Assembly (NCBI GenBank): GCA_044070495.1
Contig: JBIPSI010000016.1
Coordinates: forward strand, 32,001 to 96,000
Origin: Spirulina sp.
GTDB lineage: Bacteria; Cyanobacteriota; Cyanobacteriia; Phormidesmidales; Phormidesmidaceae
Length of the DNA: 64,000 nt
Direction of reading: 5' to 3'
Positions within the stretch are counted from its first letter, which is position 1. Each line of letters begins with the position of its first letter. The position numbers were made by a program, and so were the translations under genes. The notes beneath the pieces were generated by a model. That model searched no databases, had not been told where the DNA came from, and saw only the letters and a program-made list of their open reading frames with translations. Shown here in pieces: positions 1-9,794 of the stretch.

Positions 1-89
1 CCCTAAGGTACCCAATTTGACCCGTGATCGACACGCCCACCACGCACCTATCACCCAAAGGTTTGCTTAAAATTGTGAGCGCAACCCAC

Positions 90-122
90 AAAAAAGAGCA
101 CCAGGGTTTTGGCTCCTGGTGC
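90..122 (-). terminator. Probable intrinsic terminator downstream of pmbA
   Basis: Stem GCACCAGG...CCTGGTGC (98-122) with an A-run on its left (U-tract on the minus strand), about 60 bp past the pmbA stop. Confidence 0.6.
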
Positions 123-179
123 CCTGGGTCAACGTTGGCCAAGCTCCCTAACTAGCCAGCTTGGCCTAAAATTTGGCGA

Positions 180-1523
180 CTACTGTTCTCCGGTAATGGA
201 GAGGGAATCGACCCAAATGCGGGGGCAAAGACCACCGGGGGTAATTTCCACCTGGGGTTCCACATGGATGATCGCCTTCAGCAGGTCGCGGAAGTCTCCG
301 GCCACGGTGGCGGACTCCACGCTGACCCGTTCGCCCTGGTTAATCAGCCAGCCATCGAAGGGCAGAGAGAAGGAGCCTTGCAGGGAATTGACCCCAGCAT
401 GGAGGGCTTGCAGGTCGTCGATGAGGATGACGTTGCTGGCGTTTTCCAGGCTGAATTCGCTGGAGGCTTCTGTTCCGGGCAGCACATGGTAGTAGCTGGG
501 GCCAACGGAGACCTTCGCGCCAATGCTGGCGTGGCCCGTGGGGGAAGCGCCCATGCGTTTGGCGGTGCCTGCGCTGTGGAGGAACTGGGTGAGCACCCCC
601 TTTTCGATGATGGGCACGCGGCGGGTGGGGGTGCCTTCGCCATCGAAGGTTTCGGCACTGATGTTTTCGGGGTGGAGGGCATCGTCGTAGACCGAGAGCA
701 ACTCCGAGGCCACCACCGTTCCGAGGGAATCCGGCGTGGACAGGCTGCGGTGATCCAGAATGCTCTGGGCGTTGTACATGTTGGAGAAGGCCCCCAACAG
801 GCTGAGGAAGGCTTCCCCGGAAAACACCACCCGGTACTTGCCCGTGGCGATTTTGTCGTAATTCAGGTGGCTGATAGTTTTTTCGGTGGCTTCCTTCAGG
901 CAGCCCTCCAAATCCAGCAGCGACAGGCCACGATCTACCCGCACTGCCCCAGCCGAGCGGGGTTTGCGGCCTTCTTGCTCGGTTTTGCTGTAGAGGTAGA
1001 CCGAGGCGTAGGAGCGGTCTTCCTGGCGCAAAGCTCCGGCGCTGTTGAGGTAAAAGCGGTTGATGCTGCGCTGGGCAAGGCCGTTGTAGGGCACGCTGGC
1101 GATGGCGGGATGGGCATCTAGGAGCTGCTTTTCGAGGGCCACCAGTTGTTGGATCAGTTCTCCTACGGGGGCGGGATCTACCGGGGGTAGATCCACCTCG
1201 GCGGTGGGGGCGGTGGCTTCGGGGCTGAAGTCGGGGATGTGGTCGGCGACGCCAAAGGCGCTGGCATCACGGGCGCTTTCGAGGGCCAAATCCATACCCG
1301 TGGGGTCTACGTCGCTGGTGGAGGTAACGCCCACTTTGCCCTGGTCGTTCCACACCCGCACGATAACGCTGGAACGGTTGGAGGCTTTCACCTGCTTGGG
1401 GTCGCCCTTATCCACTTGGACGCTGGTTTCGTCTACGGAAGACCCGTAAACGTCGTACTTGGTGATGCCCAGCTTTTGGGCGCTGGCTTCGGCGTAGACG
1501 GCGATGTCTTGGATGGTCGGCAT
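180..1523 (-). CDS. pmbA: TldE/PmbA family metalloprotease subunit
   Basis: Motifs FDGEGTPT, GVNSLQGSFSL, TVAGD; adjacent to tldD. Start moved to ATG at 1523 (MPTIQD) because the upstream part of the track ORF is a REP/heptamer tract. Confidence 0.9.
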   Translation of the reverse strand: MPTIQDIAVYAEASAQKLGITKYDVYGSSVDETSVQVDKGDPKQVKASNRSSVIVRVWNDQGKVGVTSTSDVDPTGMDLALESARDASAFGVADHIPDFSPEATAPTAEVDLPPVDPAPVGELIQQLVALEKQLLDAHPAIASVPYNGLAQRSINRFYLNSAGALRQEDRSYASVYLYSKTEQEGRKPRSAGAVRVDRGLSLLDLEGCLKEATEKTISHLNYDKIATGKYRVVFSGEAFLSLLGAFSNMYNAQSILDHRSLSTPDSLGTVVASELLSVYDDALHPENISAETFDGEGTPTRRVPIIEKGVLTQFLHSAGTAKRMGASPTGHASIGAKVSVGPSYYHVLPGTEASSEFSLENASNVILIDDLQALHAGVNSLQGSFSLPFDGWLINQGERVSVESATVAGDFRDLLKAIIHVEPQVEITPGGLCPRIWVDSLSITGEQ

Positions 1524-1526
1524 AGG

Positions 1527-1815
1527 AAGTGAAGGATGAAGGGTGAAGGGAGTAGGGTGGGCACTGCCCACCATGGATTGAATGGATTACCCAAGATTCG
1601 GTAGGGCGAGGAGACCACGCCCCTGCTATTGGGTGGATGTTGACAGGTTGGCGGTAGCCAATCTCAATAGGGCGTCACGTTTCACGGATTGGGGCTGGTG
1701 GTTCTTGCGGAGACTCTGGGTGGTGCATTGCTTCGCGTTGGCGGTAGCCTCGCCTTGGCGTTATGCACCCTACGAATTGCCAATAACCAATAACCAATAA
1801 CCAATAACCAATAAC
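1527..1815. repeat. Cluster of GTAG-type REP hairpins and heptamer (STRR-like) tandem repeats
   Basis: TGAAGGR tract 1527-1550; GTAGGGTGGGCACTGCCCACC 1552-1572; GTAGGGCG..CGCCC from 1601; GGTGCATTG...TTATGCACCCTAC 1722-1773; (CCAATAA)x5 1780-1814. Confidence 0.8.
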
Positions 1816-1816
1816 G

Positions 1817-3301
1817 CTAGCGCCCTCCGACGGTGATGGAGTCTACCTTGAGGTGAGGCTGGCCCACGGTGACGTAGACACTGCCGCTGATGGAGCCGCA
1901 GAAGCCCGCCGCGAGGCCGAGGTCGTTGGAACACATGGAGATTTTGTTCATGATCTCGGTGGCTTCGCCGATCAGGGTGGCACCCTTGAGGGGTTTGGTG
2001 ATTTTGCCGTTTTCGATTAGGTAGGCTTCATCGACGCCGAAGTTGAATTGGCCCGTGGCTCCGACGCTGCCGCCGCCCATCTTTTTGCAGTAGATGCCCT
2101 TGTCCACGGAGGCGAACAGCTCGTCCAGGGAATAATCCCCAGGGGCGATGTAGGTGTTCCGCATCCGGGAGGCGGCGGCGTGGGTATAGCCCTGGCGGCG
2201 ACCGCTGCCCGTGCGGGGGTGGCCCGTCCGCATGGAACCTGCTCGGTCGGAGAGGAAGTTCCGCAGAATGCCGTTTTCGATCAGCAGGGTGCGCTGGGCG
2301 GGCATTCCTTCGTCGTCCATGTCGATGGTGCCAAAGGCGTCGGGGGAGAGGCCCTCATCCCAGGCTGTGAGGTTTTCGTGGGCGATTTTTTCGCCTTTTT
2401 TGTCGATGAAGGGGGTGGTGCCCCGCTCGATCTGGGTGGTTTCGAGCAGGTGGCCGCAGGCTTCGTGGAAGATCACGCCCCCGAACTGGTTGGCCATAAT
2501 CACTGGATAGCTGCCGGATTCCACATAGTCGGCGTAGAGCATCTTTCCAGCGGATTCGCCCACGGATTGGGCCACGGTTTCGTAGTCCCACTCGCGCAAA
2601 AAGGCGGGGTTGCTGGTGTCGCCCGCCCGCTGGCCAATGGAGGAACGGTGTTCGCCATCGGCACAGAGCAGGTTGTAACCGACGGACTGGGTGAGGCGAA
2701 TGTCGCGGGCAAAGGTGCCATCGCTGGCGGCCACCAGGACTTCCTGCCAATCGCGGAAATAGACGGCGCGGCGAGATTGCACATGGCTGGCGTTTTTGGC
2801 CAGGGCGTCGTTAGCGGCGAGGAGCACATCGCCCATTTCCTGCATGGAGCTACAGTTGGCCAGCCATTCGTCCTTAGAGCGAGCGCTGGCGTAGTCGCGC
2901 AGCAGTTCGAGGTTAATTTCGGAAATATTTGCCGCTGGCCCCGGCAGGGTGAGGCCCATGATACCCAGCGCCTTATCTAGGGCGGATTTCAACCCCTGAA
3001 AACTCAGGTCATTGGTGCTGACGTAGCAATCGGCCTTGCCCAAAAACACCCGCACCCCGGCCCCGGTGATGATGCGCGGCGAAATGCTGGTAATCGCGTC
3101 GTCCTCGGCCTGACAGCTAATGTAGTTGCTGCGCTCTAGGAAAAACTCCACAAAATCAGCCCCCGCCGACCGTCCCAGGCCCAGCAGCGCCGCTAGGGTG
3201 GGTTCCCAGGAGAGGTCAAAGCGGTTTCGGGTGGCCCCGTATTCCCTAGAAAGCAGGTCGTTGGTCTTCAGCAGCGGGGTGAGTGAGGGTGCAACCGTCA
3301 T
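1817..3301 (-). CDS. tldD: TldD family metalloprotease
   Basis: HExxGH motif ([11 protein letters not shown]), DDEG, RMRNTY and C-terminal CGS...VGQP. Confidence 0.93.
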   Translation of the reverse strand: MTVAPSLTPLLKTNDLLSREYGATRNRFDLSWEPTLAALLGLGRSAGADFVEFFLERSNYISCQAEDDAITSISPRIITGAGVRVFLGKADCYVSTNDLSFQGLKSALDKALGIMGLTLPGPAANISEINLELLRDYASARSKDEWLANCSSMQEMGDVLLAANDALAKNASHVQSRRAVYFRDWQEVLVAASDGTFARDIRLTQSVGYNLLCADGEHRSSIGQRAGDTSNPAFLREWDYETVAQSVGESAGKMLYADYVESGSYPVIMANQFGGVIFHEACGHLLETTQIERGTTPFIDKKGEKIAHENLTAWDEGLSPDAFGTIDMDDEGMPAQRTLLIENGILRNFLSDRAGSMRTGHPRTGSGRRQGYTHAAASRMRNTYIAPGDYSLDELFASVDKGIYCKKMGGGSVGATGQFNFGVDEAYLIENGKITKPLKGATLIGEATEIMNKISMCSNDLGLAAGFCGSISGSVYVTVGQPHLKVDSITVGGR

Positions 3302-3383
3302 GCCAATCTATCCTTACAGGCTAAGAAAAATGCCGGATTACCAGCGATTTACCCAGTGTAACAAAACCTCTCATCTAGGGTTT

Positions 3384-6300
3384 CTAGGAAGCCAAGGGGC
3401 CAAGGGGGACGGTGCCTAAATCCTCTCCCTCCAAGGGCGGGGCAGGGGGAATGTCATCGGGAAGTCCCTCTTCTAATTCCCGCAGGATGGGCGGGGCGGG
3501 GGTGGGTTCTTCTCGGAAAATGGCGGACAGCACATCGGCCAGGGTGGGGGCCATGGCGATGCGGTTTTTGTAAACCATGATCACCCGCGTTAGGGCGGGG
3601 AGTTGGTTTTGCTCGGCCACGAGGTAGAGGGGTTCTACGTAGAGGAGGGACTGCTCGATGGGGATAACCAAGAGGTTGCCCTGCTGCGCCCGTGACCCCT
3701 GGGTATCCCACAGAGAAATGCGCTGGGAAATTTCCGGGTCTTGGTTGATGCGGGCTTCGATTTGCTCTGGGCCAAAAACGAGTTCCTGTTTGGGAAAGCG
3801 ATAGAGCAGCCGTCGCCCGTAGCGATTGCCATCCGACCGGGCCGCCAACCAGGCGATTAGGTTATTGCGCTGGGCCGGGGTGAATAGCCGCAGCAGAATA
3901 AATTCCTCGCCTTCCTCCTGGGGGAGTTTCATGATCAGGTAGTAGGGTTCCACCCGCTGGGTTTCGCTGGCGTAGATTTCCGTGGGGGCGCGCCACTGGT
4001 CTTCCCGGTTGTAGAACACCTGGGGGTCGGTCATGTGGTAGGTCATCAGGGAATCGGCCTGCACCGAGAACAAATCCTGGGGGTAGCGAATGTGGATGCG
4101 GAGGGCATCGGGCATGGCCTCCAGAGGCTCGAACATGCCGGGCAGGATGCCGCTCCAGGCTTGGATGATGGGGTCGTTGGGTTCCGACACAAAGAAGCCG
4201 ACGGAGCCATTGAAGGCATCCACCACCACCTTGACCGAGTTGCGAATGTAGTTGAAGTTGTTTTCGCCCGGATCGGAGTAGGGGTAGCGGCTGCTGACGG
4301 TGTAGGCGTCGATCACCCAGTAGAGGTAGTTTTCGCCGGTTTGGGTGTTGAAGTTGGCCTGGATGAAGCTGGGATCGCGGTCGGCAAACCGCTGGAAATC
4401 GATCTGGTCGGGCGGGGTGCTGCCTTGGGCATCTCCGGTGCCCCACTGGCGGGATCGGTTGCCGATGTCCACCGTTACCAGGTAGGGGTCGGTATCAAAC
4501 CGCAGAAAGGGGGCGATGGATCGTACTCGCTCGGCAATGTTGCGGCGAAACAGCAGGCGGGTATCGGTGGTGAAATCCTCGGTAAACAGCATCCGCCAGT
4601 CCTTCAGGTAGCGGGCAAACAGTAGCCGTCGCCAGAGGCCATCCAGGGGAATGCCGCCCCGACCGAGGTAGGTGGTGTAGATGTTTTCGTTGCCGCTGGG
4701 GTAGTCCAGTTCCAACACCTGGGTGTTGGCCATGATGTAGGTGTCGGTGAGTTCGCCAAAATATAGGCGCGGATCGCCGATGGGAATACTCTGGCGCACT
4801 TCCTCGCTGCTGGGGATGTTGTCGATGCCGCGCACAAAGTAGGTGGGCAGGCCATCGGGGCCAGCGGTGTTGACGGGGCTGAGGGTGAAGCCAAAGCCGT
4901 GGGTGTAGACCAGGTGCTCGTTCACCCAGGTTTTGGCGATGTCGGGCACCCGTTCGTAGTTGAGTTCCCGCGCCGAGATCATCACCTGCCGCCGTTCCGA
5001 GCGTCGCTCTTGGTTGAGGATGTTGTAGCGGTCGAAGTCGGCATCTTTAAATTCGTAGTAGAGGCGGATTTGCTGAAGCTGGCGGTTACTTTCCAGCAGC
5101 GGGCGCGGATCCCACAGGCGAATGTTTTCGAGGGTAAGGTCGTTGCGTTCTAGATCCTCCACCGTCAGGTCGCCACTGGGGTCAAAGGGTTCCGAATCGA
5201 TGGCCTCTAGGTCAAAGGCAGCCCGCGTTAGGGCAATGGAGTTGGTAATGTAGGGCCGCTCCCGCTGAAGCTCGTTGGGCTGCACCACCAGCCGCTGCAC
5301 CACCATGGGGGCCAGCACCAAGCCCAGCAGAGCCAGCACCAGGTAAAGGCAAATCCCATTCACCAACAAACTGGTGCAGCCCAGGTTTATCCACCCGCGC
5401 CAGAGCCCCTGCCCCTTGGCCTGTCGTCTTGCCCCCTTGGTCATGGGGTTGAAATAGCTCGGTCGCCACAGCAGCCCCCGCCACAGAAACCCTAGCCCTA
5501 GCCCTAGGGTTAACAGCATTAGGCCCACGTTGGCGGGCAGCAGCACGTGGATGTGGGTATAGCCCGCCCCATAGACGACGCCCTCCTGGGAATAGAGGAT
5601 GTCGTAGCGACCCAGCCAATGGCTAAAGCTGGTCACGAGAAACAACAACCCTGCCAGGGTATACAAATGCTGCTGCTGGGAGAGGGAAAAGCCATAGAAC
5701 CGCCCCCGGCTGAGGGTGCCCCCCCGCATTAGGTAAACCAAGCAGACGACGACAAAGGTAAAAAATAGAACGCCAATCAGCCAAAATTCCAGCAAATTCA
5801 GAATCGGCAGTTGGAAGATATAGAAGCCGATGTCGCGCTTAAAAATAGGCTCCGTTTCGTTATAAGACCCAGGACTGAGGGCCAGCAGCACCGTCGGCCA
5901 CTGTTTCGCCAAAATGAGACCAAAGCCTAGGCTCATCAACCCCGCCGCCAGCCGCCCCAACTGCCGAGGATAGACCACAAAGGCCACCGTACTCATGCCC
6001 AAGGCTGCAATCAGCCAGGGCTGGGCCAGCAAAATTTGCCCCGCCACCCGAAACAATTGCAGCTTCGGCCACAGGGGCAGGGGCGTGGTGGATTCATACA
6101 GGGTGGTGGTTTCGCGCCAAAAATCCGCCGCAATTTGCCCCTGATAGACCAACTGCACCCCCACCAAAAAGCTGAGCACCCCCGCCAGCAGCAGCACCCC
6201 GGTTAACCCCAACCCCTGGGTTTTCGAGGCCCGTTCCGAGGGCGGCGGCAGCGGCGTGGTACGGTCGGCTAGGGCTAGGTTGCCCCAGGTAAACAACAGC

Positions 6301-6506
6301 GTCAGACCAATGGGAATCAACCCCAGCAGCAGTTGAGACCGCAGCCGCAGCCAAAAGACATCGAGGTAGTTCACCTCCACAAACCACAGACGCTCCGCCA
6401 GCAGGTGAATCACCGCATCGGCAGCGAGTACCCCCGCCAAGGCCAACGCACACCATAGCCAATGGGCCAACAGCCAGTGTTTTGCGTCCTTAATCATAGG
6501 ATTCAA
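3384..6506 (-). CDS. UPF0182 family membrane protein
   Basis: Multiple N-terminal TM helices; NIRLWDP, WVNEHLVYTHGFG, NYIRNSVKVVVDA, GNLLVIP..LLYVEPLY. Confidence 0.92.
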   Translation of the reverse strand: MNPMIKDAKHWLLAHWLWCALALAGVLAADAVIHLLAERLWFVEVNYLDVFWLRLRSQLLLGLIPIGLTLLFTWGNLALADRTTPLPPPSERASKTQGLGLTGVLLLAGVLSFLVGVQLVYQGQIAADFWRETTTLYESTTPLPLWPKLQLFRVAGQILLAQPWLIAALGMSTVAFVVYPRQLGRLAAGLMSLGFGLILAKQWPTVLLALSPGSYNETEPIFKRDIGFYIFQLPILNLLEFWLIGVLFFTFVVVCLVYLMRGGTLSRGRFYGFSLSQQQHLYTLAGLLFLVTSFSHWLGRYDILYSQEGVVYGAGYTHIHVLLPANVGLMLLTLGLGLGFLWRGLLWRPSYFNPMTKGARRQAKGQGLWRGWINLGCTSLLVNGICLYLVLALLGLVLAPMVVQRLVVQPNELQRERPYITNSIALTRAAFDLEAIDSEPFDPSGDLTVEDLERNDLTLENIRLWDPRPLLESNRQLQQIRLYYEFKDADFDRYNILNQERRSERRQVMISARELNYERVPDIAKTWVNEHLVYTHGFGFTLSPVNTAGPDGLPTYFVRGIDNIPSSEEVRQSIPIGDPRLYFGELTDTYIMANTQVLELDYPSGNENIYTTYLGRGGIPLDGLWRRLLFARYLKDWRMLFTEDFTTDTRLLFRRNIAERVRSIAPFLRFDTDPYLVTVDIGNRSRQWGTGDAQGSTPPDQIDFQRFADRDPSFIQANFNTQTGENYLYWVIDAYTVSSRYPYSDPGENNFNYIRNSVKVVVDAFNGSVGFFVSEPNDPIIQAWSGILPGMFEPLEAMPDALRIHIRYPQDLFSVQADSLMTYHMTDPQVFYNREDQWRAPTEIYASETQRVEPYYLIMKLPQEEGEEFILLRLFTPAQRNNLIAWLAARSDGNRYGRRLLYRFPKQELVFGPEQIEARINQDPEISQRISLWDTQGSRAQQGNLLVIPIEQSLLYVEPLYLVAEQNQLPALTRVIMVYKNRIAMAPTLADVLSAIFREEPTPAPPILRELEEGLPDDIPPAPPLEGEDLGTVPLGPLAS

Positions 6507-6709
6507 CCAATCAGGGGCGGGGTCTGCCCAAATTCTATCGCCCCGGTTCCCGTTCGCTGAGGAAGATGCTCTGGGCTAGGGGGGAAAGCGGCCCTAGAAT
6601 AAACAAGATCCGCCCTCACCCCCAGCCCCTTTCCCAGGGAGGAGAGGGAGGCCGGAAACTTCCTTCAACATTCCTTGCCGAAACCAAACTGTCCATAAGA
6701 ATCCTGTCC

Positions 6710-7915
6710 ATGACCGTCGCTCCTGTTTTGTCCAATTCTCGCCGCGATACCGCTTGGCCCTTTTGGCCCGTGGTGCCCCTCTATCCCTACGGTCAGCGCC
6801 CCACCCTGCGGACTGAGGTGGTGAAAGATACGGTGTGGACGTTTGACCAATTCCAGGGCATTTTTTACGTGGTGGTGCCCATTCGGATGACGGTAGTGCG
6901 GCTGGAACCCCGTGGGCTGTTGGTCTATGCCCCGGTGGCCCCCACGGCGGAATGTGTGCGCCTGCTGCGAGAACTGGAGGAACGCCACGGCCCGGTGCGG
7001 CACATCATTCTCTCGACGGTGACGGGGATTGAGCACAAAGTATTTGTTGGCCCCTTTGCCCGCCGCTTCCCCGCTGCCCAGGTGTACGTTACCCCCAACC
7101 AGTGGAGCTTCCCGCTCAATTTGCCCCTGCCCTGGCTGGGCCTGCCTGGTGATCGTACCCAGCTTTTGCCTGAGGATAGTTCCCGCCTGCCCTTTGCCGA
7201 CCAAGTGGATTGCGCCATTCTGCCCCCCATTCCCCTCGGCCTTGGCCCCTTTGGCGAAACCGCCTGCTTCCATCGCCCCAGCCGCACCCTGATGGTGACG
7301 GATGCCCTGGTGTCTATCCCCGCCGAGCCGCCTGCCATTGTGCAGATCAACCCCTTCCCGCTGCTGTTCCATGCCAAGGACAGTTCCGCCGATGCCATTG
7401 TGGATACGCCGGAAAATCGCCGCAAAGGATGGCAGCGCATCGCCCTGTTTGCCTTTTACTTTCGGCCCAGCACGTTGGAGGTGGCGACTACCGGGGCAAT
7501 GTTCCGCGAGGCCAAGCAAGCCCCGGATCGATCTCGCCAGAACTATTTCGGCCTTTATCCCTTCCGCTGGCAACCGGACTGGCCCGCTTCTTTCAGCGCC
7601 CTACATAACCAAGGGAAACTCTCCGTCGCCCCCATCCTCAAAACCCTGATTTTCAACCGAGGCCCAAGGGAAGTCATGGACTGGGCCAACCAGGTGTCCA
7701 CCTGGCAGTTTGAACGGGTGATTCCCGCCCATATGGATGCCCCCGTCGCCGCCAATCCCCAACAGTTCCTAGAAGCCTTCGACTTTTTGCAACCCGGAGC
7801 CGCCCCCCATTCCCCCATGACCGACGCCGACACCCAACTCCTGCGTGATATTGATGCAGGGCTGACCCAACGGGGCATCTCTCGCCCCAGCCAACTGCTA
7901 GGCCTCGATGGGTGA
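6710..7915 (+). CDS. DUF4336 domain protein (metallo-beta-lactamase-like)
   Basis: WPFWPVVPLYPYG.R.T, RMTVVRL, EHK, IPAH. Start set at ATG 6710. Confidence 0.85.
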   Translation: MTVAPVLSNSRRDTAWPFWPVVPLYPYGQRPTLRTEVVKDTVWTFDQFQGIFYVVVPIRMTVVRLEPRGLLVYAPVAPTAECVRLLRELEERHGPVRHIILSTVTGIEHKVFVGPFARRFPAAQVYVTPNQWSFPLNLPLPWLGLPGDRTQLLPEDSSRLPFADQVDCAILPPIPLGLGPFGETACFHRPSRTLMVTDALVSIPAEPPAIVQINPFPLLFHAKDSSADAIVDTPENRRKGWQRIALFAFYFRPSTLEVATTGAMFREAKQAPDRSRQNYFGLYPFRWQPDWPASFSALHNQGKLSVAPILKTLIFNRGPREVMDWANQVSTWQFERVIPAHMDAPVAANPQQFLEAFDFLQPGAAPHSPMTDADTQLLRDIDAGLTQRGISRPSQLLGLDG

Positions 7916-8357
7916 GGCGCGGTTGCTGCGCCCGATGCAGAATCCTGGGGAAGTCAACCGGGGTGTTCCGTCCCATCGGTGGGAAGCCATTGCAAAAACC
8001 CAGCGTCACTTTTGAATTCATCCGTTAGAATATCCGCAAGTTTTTGTCAGGAGGGGCATTTTTCGGTGTCAAGACCCCGCTACGCTGCGGCCAACGAGGT
8101 CTCTGGAAATCGTGCCAACAGGGCTTTCCGTTATGCGCTACTATTGGCTATCGCTCGGTGCGGGTGGAACGGCCATACCAGGTTTCATCGGCTGAGCTGT
8201 GAGGAGTCCTGTGGGCTAGGTTGTCCACTTCAATCAATTTCAATCCATAAGACCTGATGTGAAGCTGTGCAGAGGCTACTCTAAGTAGGCCCTGGCTTCC
8301 TGGGTTATTTTCATTTCGTTGCTCAGTATCTTTAGATTCGTTTTGGCTAGGTTGTCC

Positions 8358-9794
8358 ATGACATCTGTTCCCATGTCGTCGGGGTCGTCACCATCCTTTG
8401 AAGTCACTGGTAGCGCCGGGTTGCCAGAGGCTCCACCCGTGTTTGCCCTCAAGGAGTTGGTGGCGCGGCTACAGCGCGAGCAGTACAAAATTCAAGATTT
8501 GCTTAGTTCCCTGGGGTTTGCCCTCCGCAGCCTCAACAACCTGAACCAGTTTTTAGAGCTGATTCCCATGATTGCCAGCCGCGTTACCGATGCCGGGGGC
8601 GGGGCGCTGGTGCTGTTTCGGGCCGATGGCCAGGTGCGCCTAGAGCGGCTGCATTGCCAAAGCGAAGACCATTGCCAGAATGTGCGTTCGGCCCTAGAGG
8701 CAGCCACCCGCCAGGTGACGGCCAATTTGCAGCCCACCGCCGACAACAGCATCACCACCATGGCCCGCAACGCCATGGTTTCTCTAGATCACCAGGTAAA
8801 CCGCTACCTGGGCGACGAGTTTCAGCTCTTTGGCACCGCCATCATTGTGCAGAACGTGGAGCGGGGGCGGCTCTACGTCTTCAGCCGCGACCCCGACTAT
8901 GCCTGGACGGAAACCCGCCAAAAGCTGGTGCGTCTGGTAGCCGACCAAACCTCCGTGGCCATTGAAAACAACGAGCTAACCGTGGCCCTGCGGAAAAAAG
9001 AGCGCCTGGATCGGGAAATGGAAATTGGGGCGGAAATTCAGCTCCAACTGCTGCCCCGCGAATGTCCTAGCATTGCCGGGATGGACTTGGCCGCTAAGTG
9101 CAAAACCGCCCAGCGCGTCGGCGGCGACTACTACGACTTCATCCCCACCACCTACGACCAACTGCGCTATCCCGGCTCGGAGGTATCGGCGGCGGCTCCC
9201 TGGAGCTTGGCCATTGGCGATGTGATGGGAAAGGGGGTGCCCGCCGGGTTGATTATGACCATGATGCGGGGGATGTTGCGGGCGGAGGTGCTGAACGGCC
9301 ATTCCCCAGCCCAAATTTTGCAAAATCTCAACTTTGTGATGCACAGCGACCTGGAAAATTCCAACCGCTTCGTCACCCTGTTCTACGCCGAGTATGACCC
9401 CACCCGTCGGCTGTTGGCCTACGGCAATGCCGCCCACAATCCGCCCTTTTTGTGGAAAGCGGCGACGGGCACCATGACCCGCCTAGATACCGTGGGAATG
9501 CTGCTGGGGCTAGACATGACTACCCAGTATTACGAAGCCACCATGGAACTTCAGCCCGGAGACACCGTGATCTTCTACACCGATGGCTTCACGGAAGCGG
9601 CCAATGGGCGGGGCGAACGCTTTGAGGAGGAAAACCTAGAACGCGCTCTGCAATGGGCCTGCCGCAACTGCGCCACCGCCGACGAAATCCTCAACTACAC
9701 TTTCGACCTGCTGAATCGGTTCATTGGCCATGATCGCAGCAACGACGACGACATGACCCTAGTGGTGATGCGGGTGAAGCCCGACGCCGCCTGA
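8358..9794 (+). CDS. GAF + SpoIIE/PP2C-family serine/threonine phosphatase
   Basis: VGGDYYDF, IGDVMGKGVPA, YTDGFTEA and DDMT motifs. Confidence 0.92.
   Translation: MTSVPMSSGSSPSFEVTGSAGLPEAPPVFALKELVARLQREQYKIQDLLSSLGFALRSLNNLNQFLELIPMIASRVTDAGGGALVLFRADGQVRLERLHCQSEDHCQNVRSALEAATRQVTANLQPTADNSITTMARNAMVSLDHQVNRYLGDEFQLFGTAIIVQNVERGRLYVFSRDPDYAWTETRQKLVRLVADQTSVAIENNELTVALRKKERLDREMEIGAEIQLQLLPRECPSIAGMDLAAKCKTAQRVGGDYYDFIPTTYDQLRYPGSEVSAAAPWSLAIGDVMGKGVPAGLIMTMMRGMLRAEVLNGHSPAQILQNLNFVMHSDLENSNRFVTLFYAEYDPTRRLLAYGNAAHNPPFLWKAATGTMTRLDTVGMLLGLDMTTQYYEATMELQPGDTVIFYTDGFTEAANGRGERFEEENLERALQWACRNCATADEILNYTFDLLNRFIGHDRSNDDDMTLVVMRVKPDAA

Noticed and set aside
264..2980. Long antisense ORFs (264-1121, 2048-2980; likewise 6665-7573, 34193-34945, 58826-59770)
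   Set aside because: They shadow well-supported genes on the opposite strand, as expected in GC-rich DNA, and contain no recognisable motifs.
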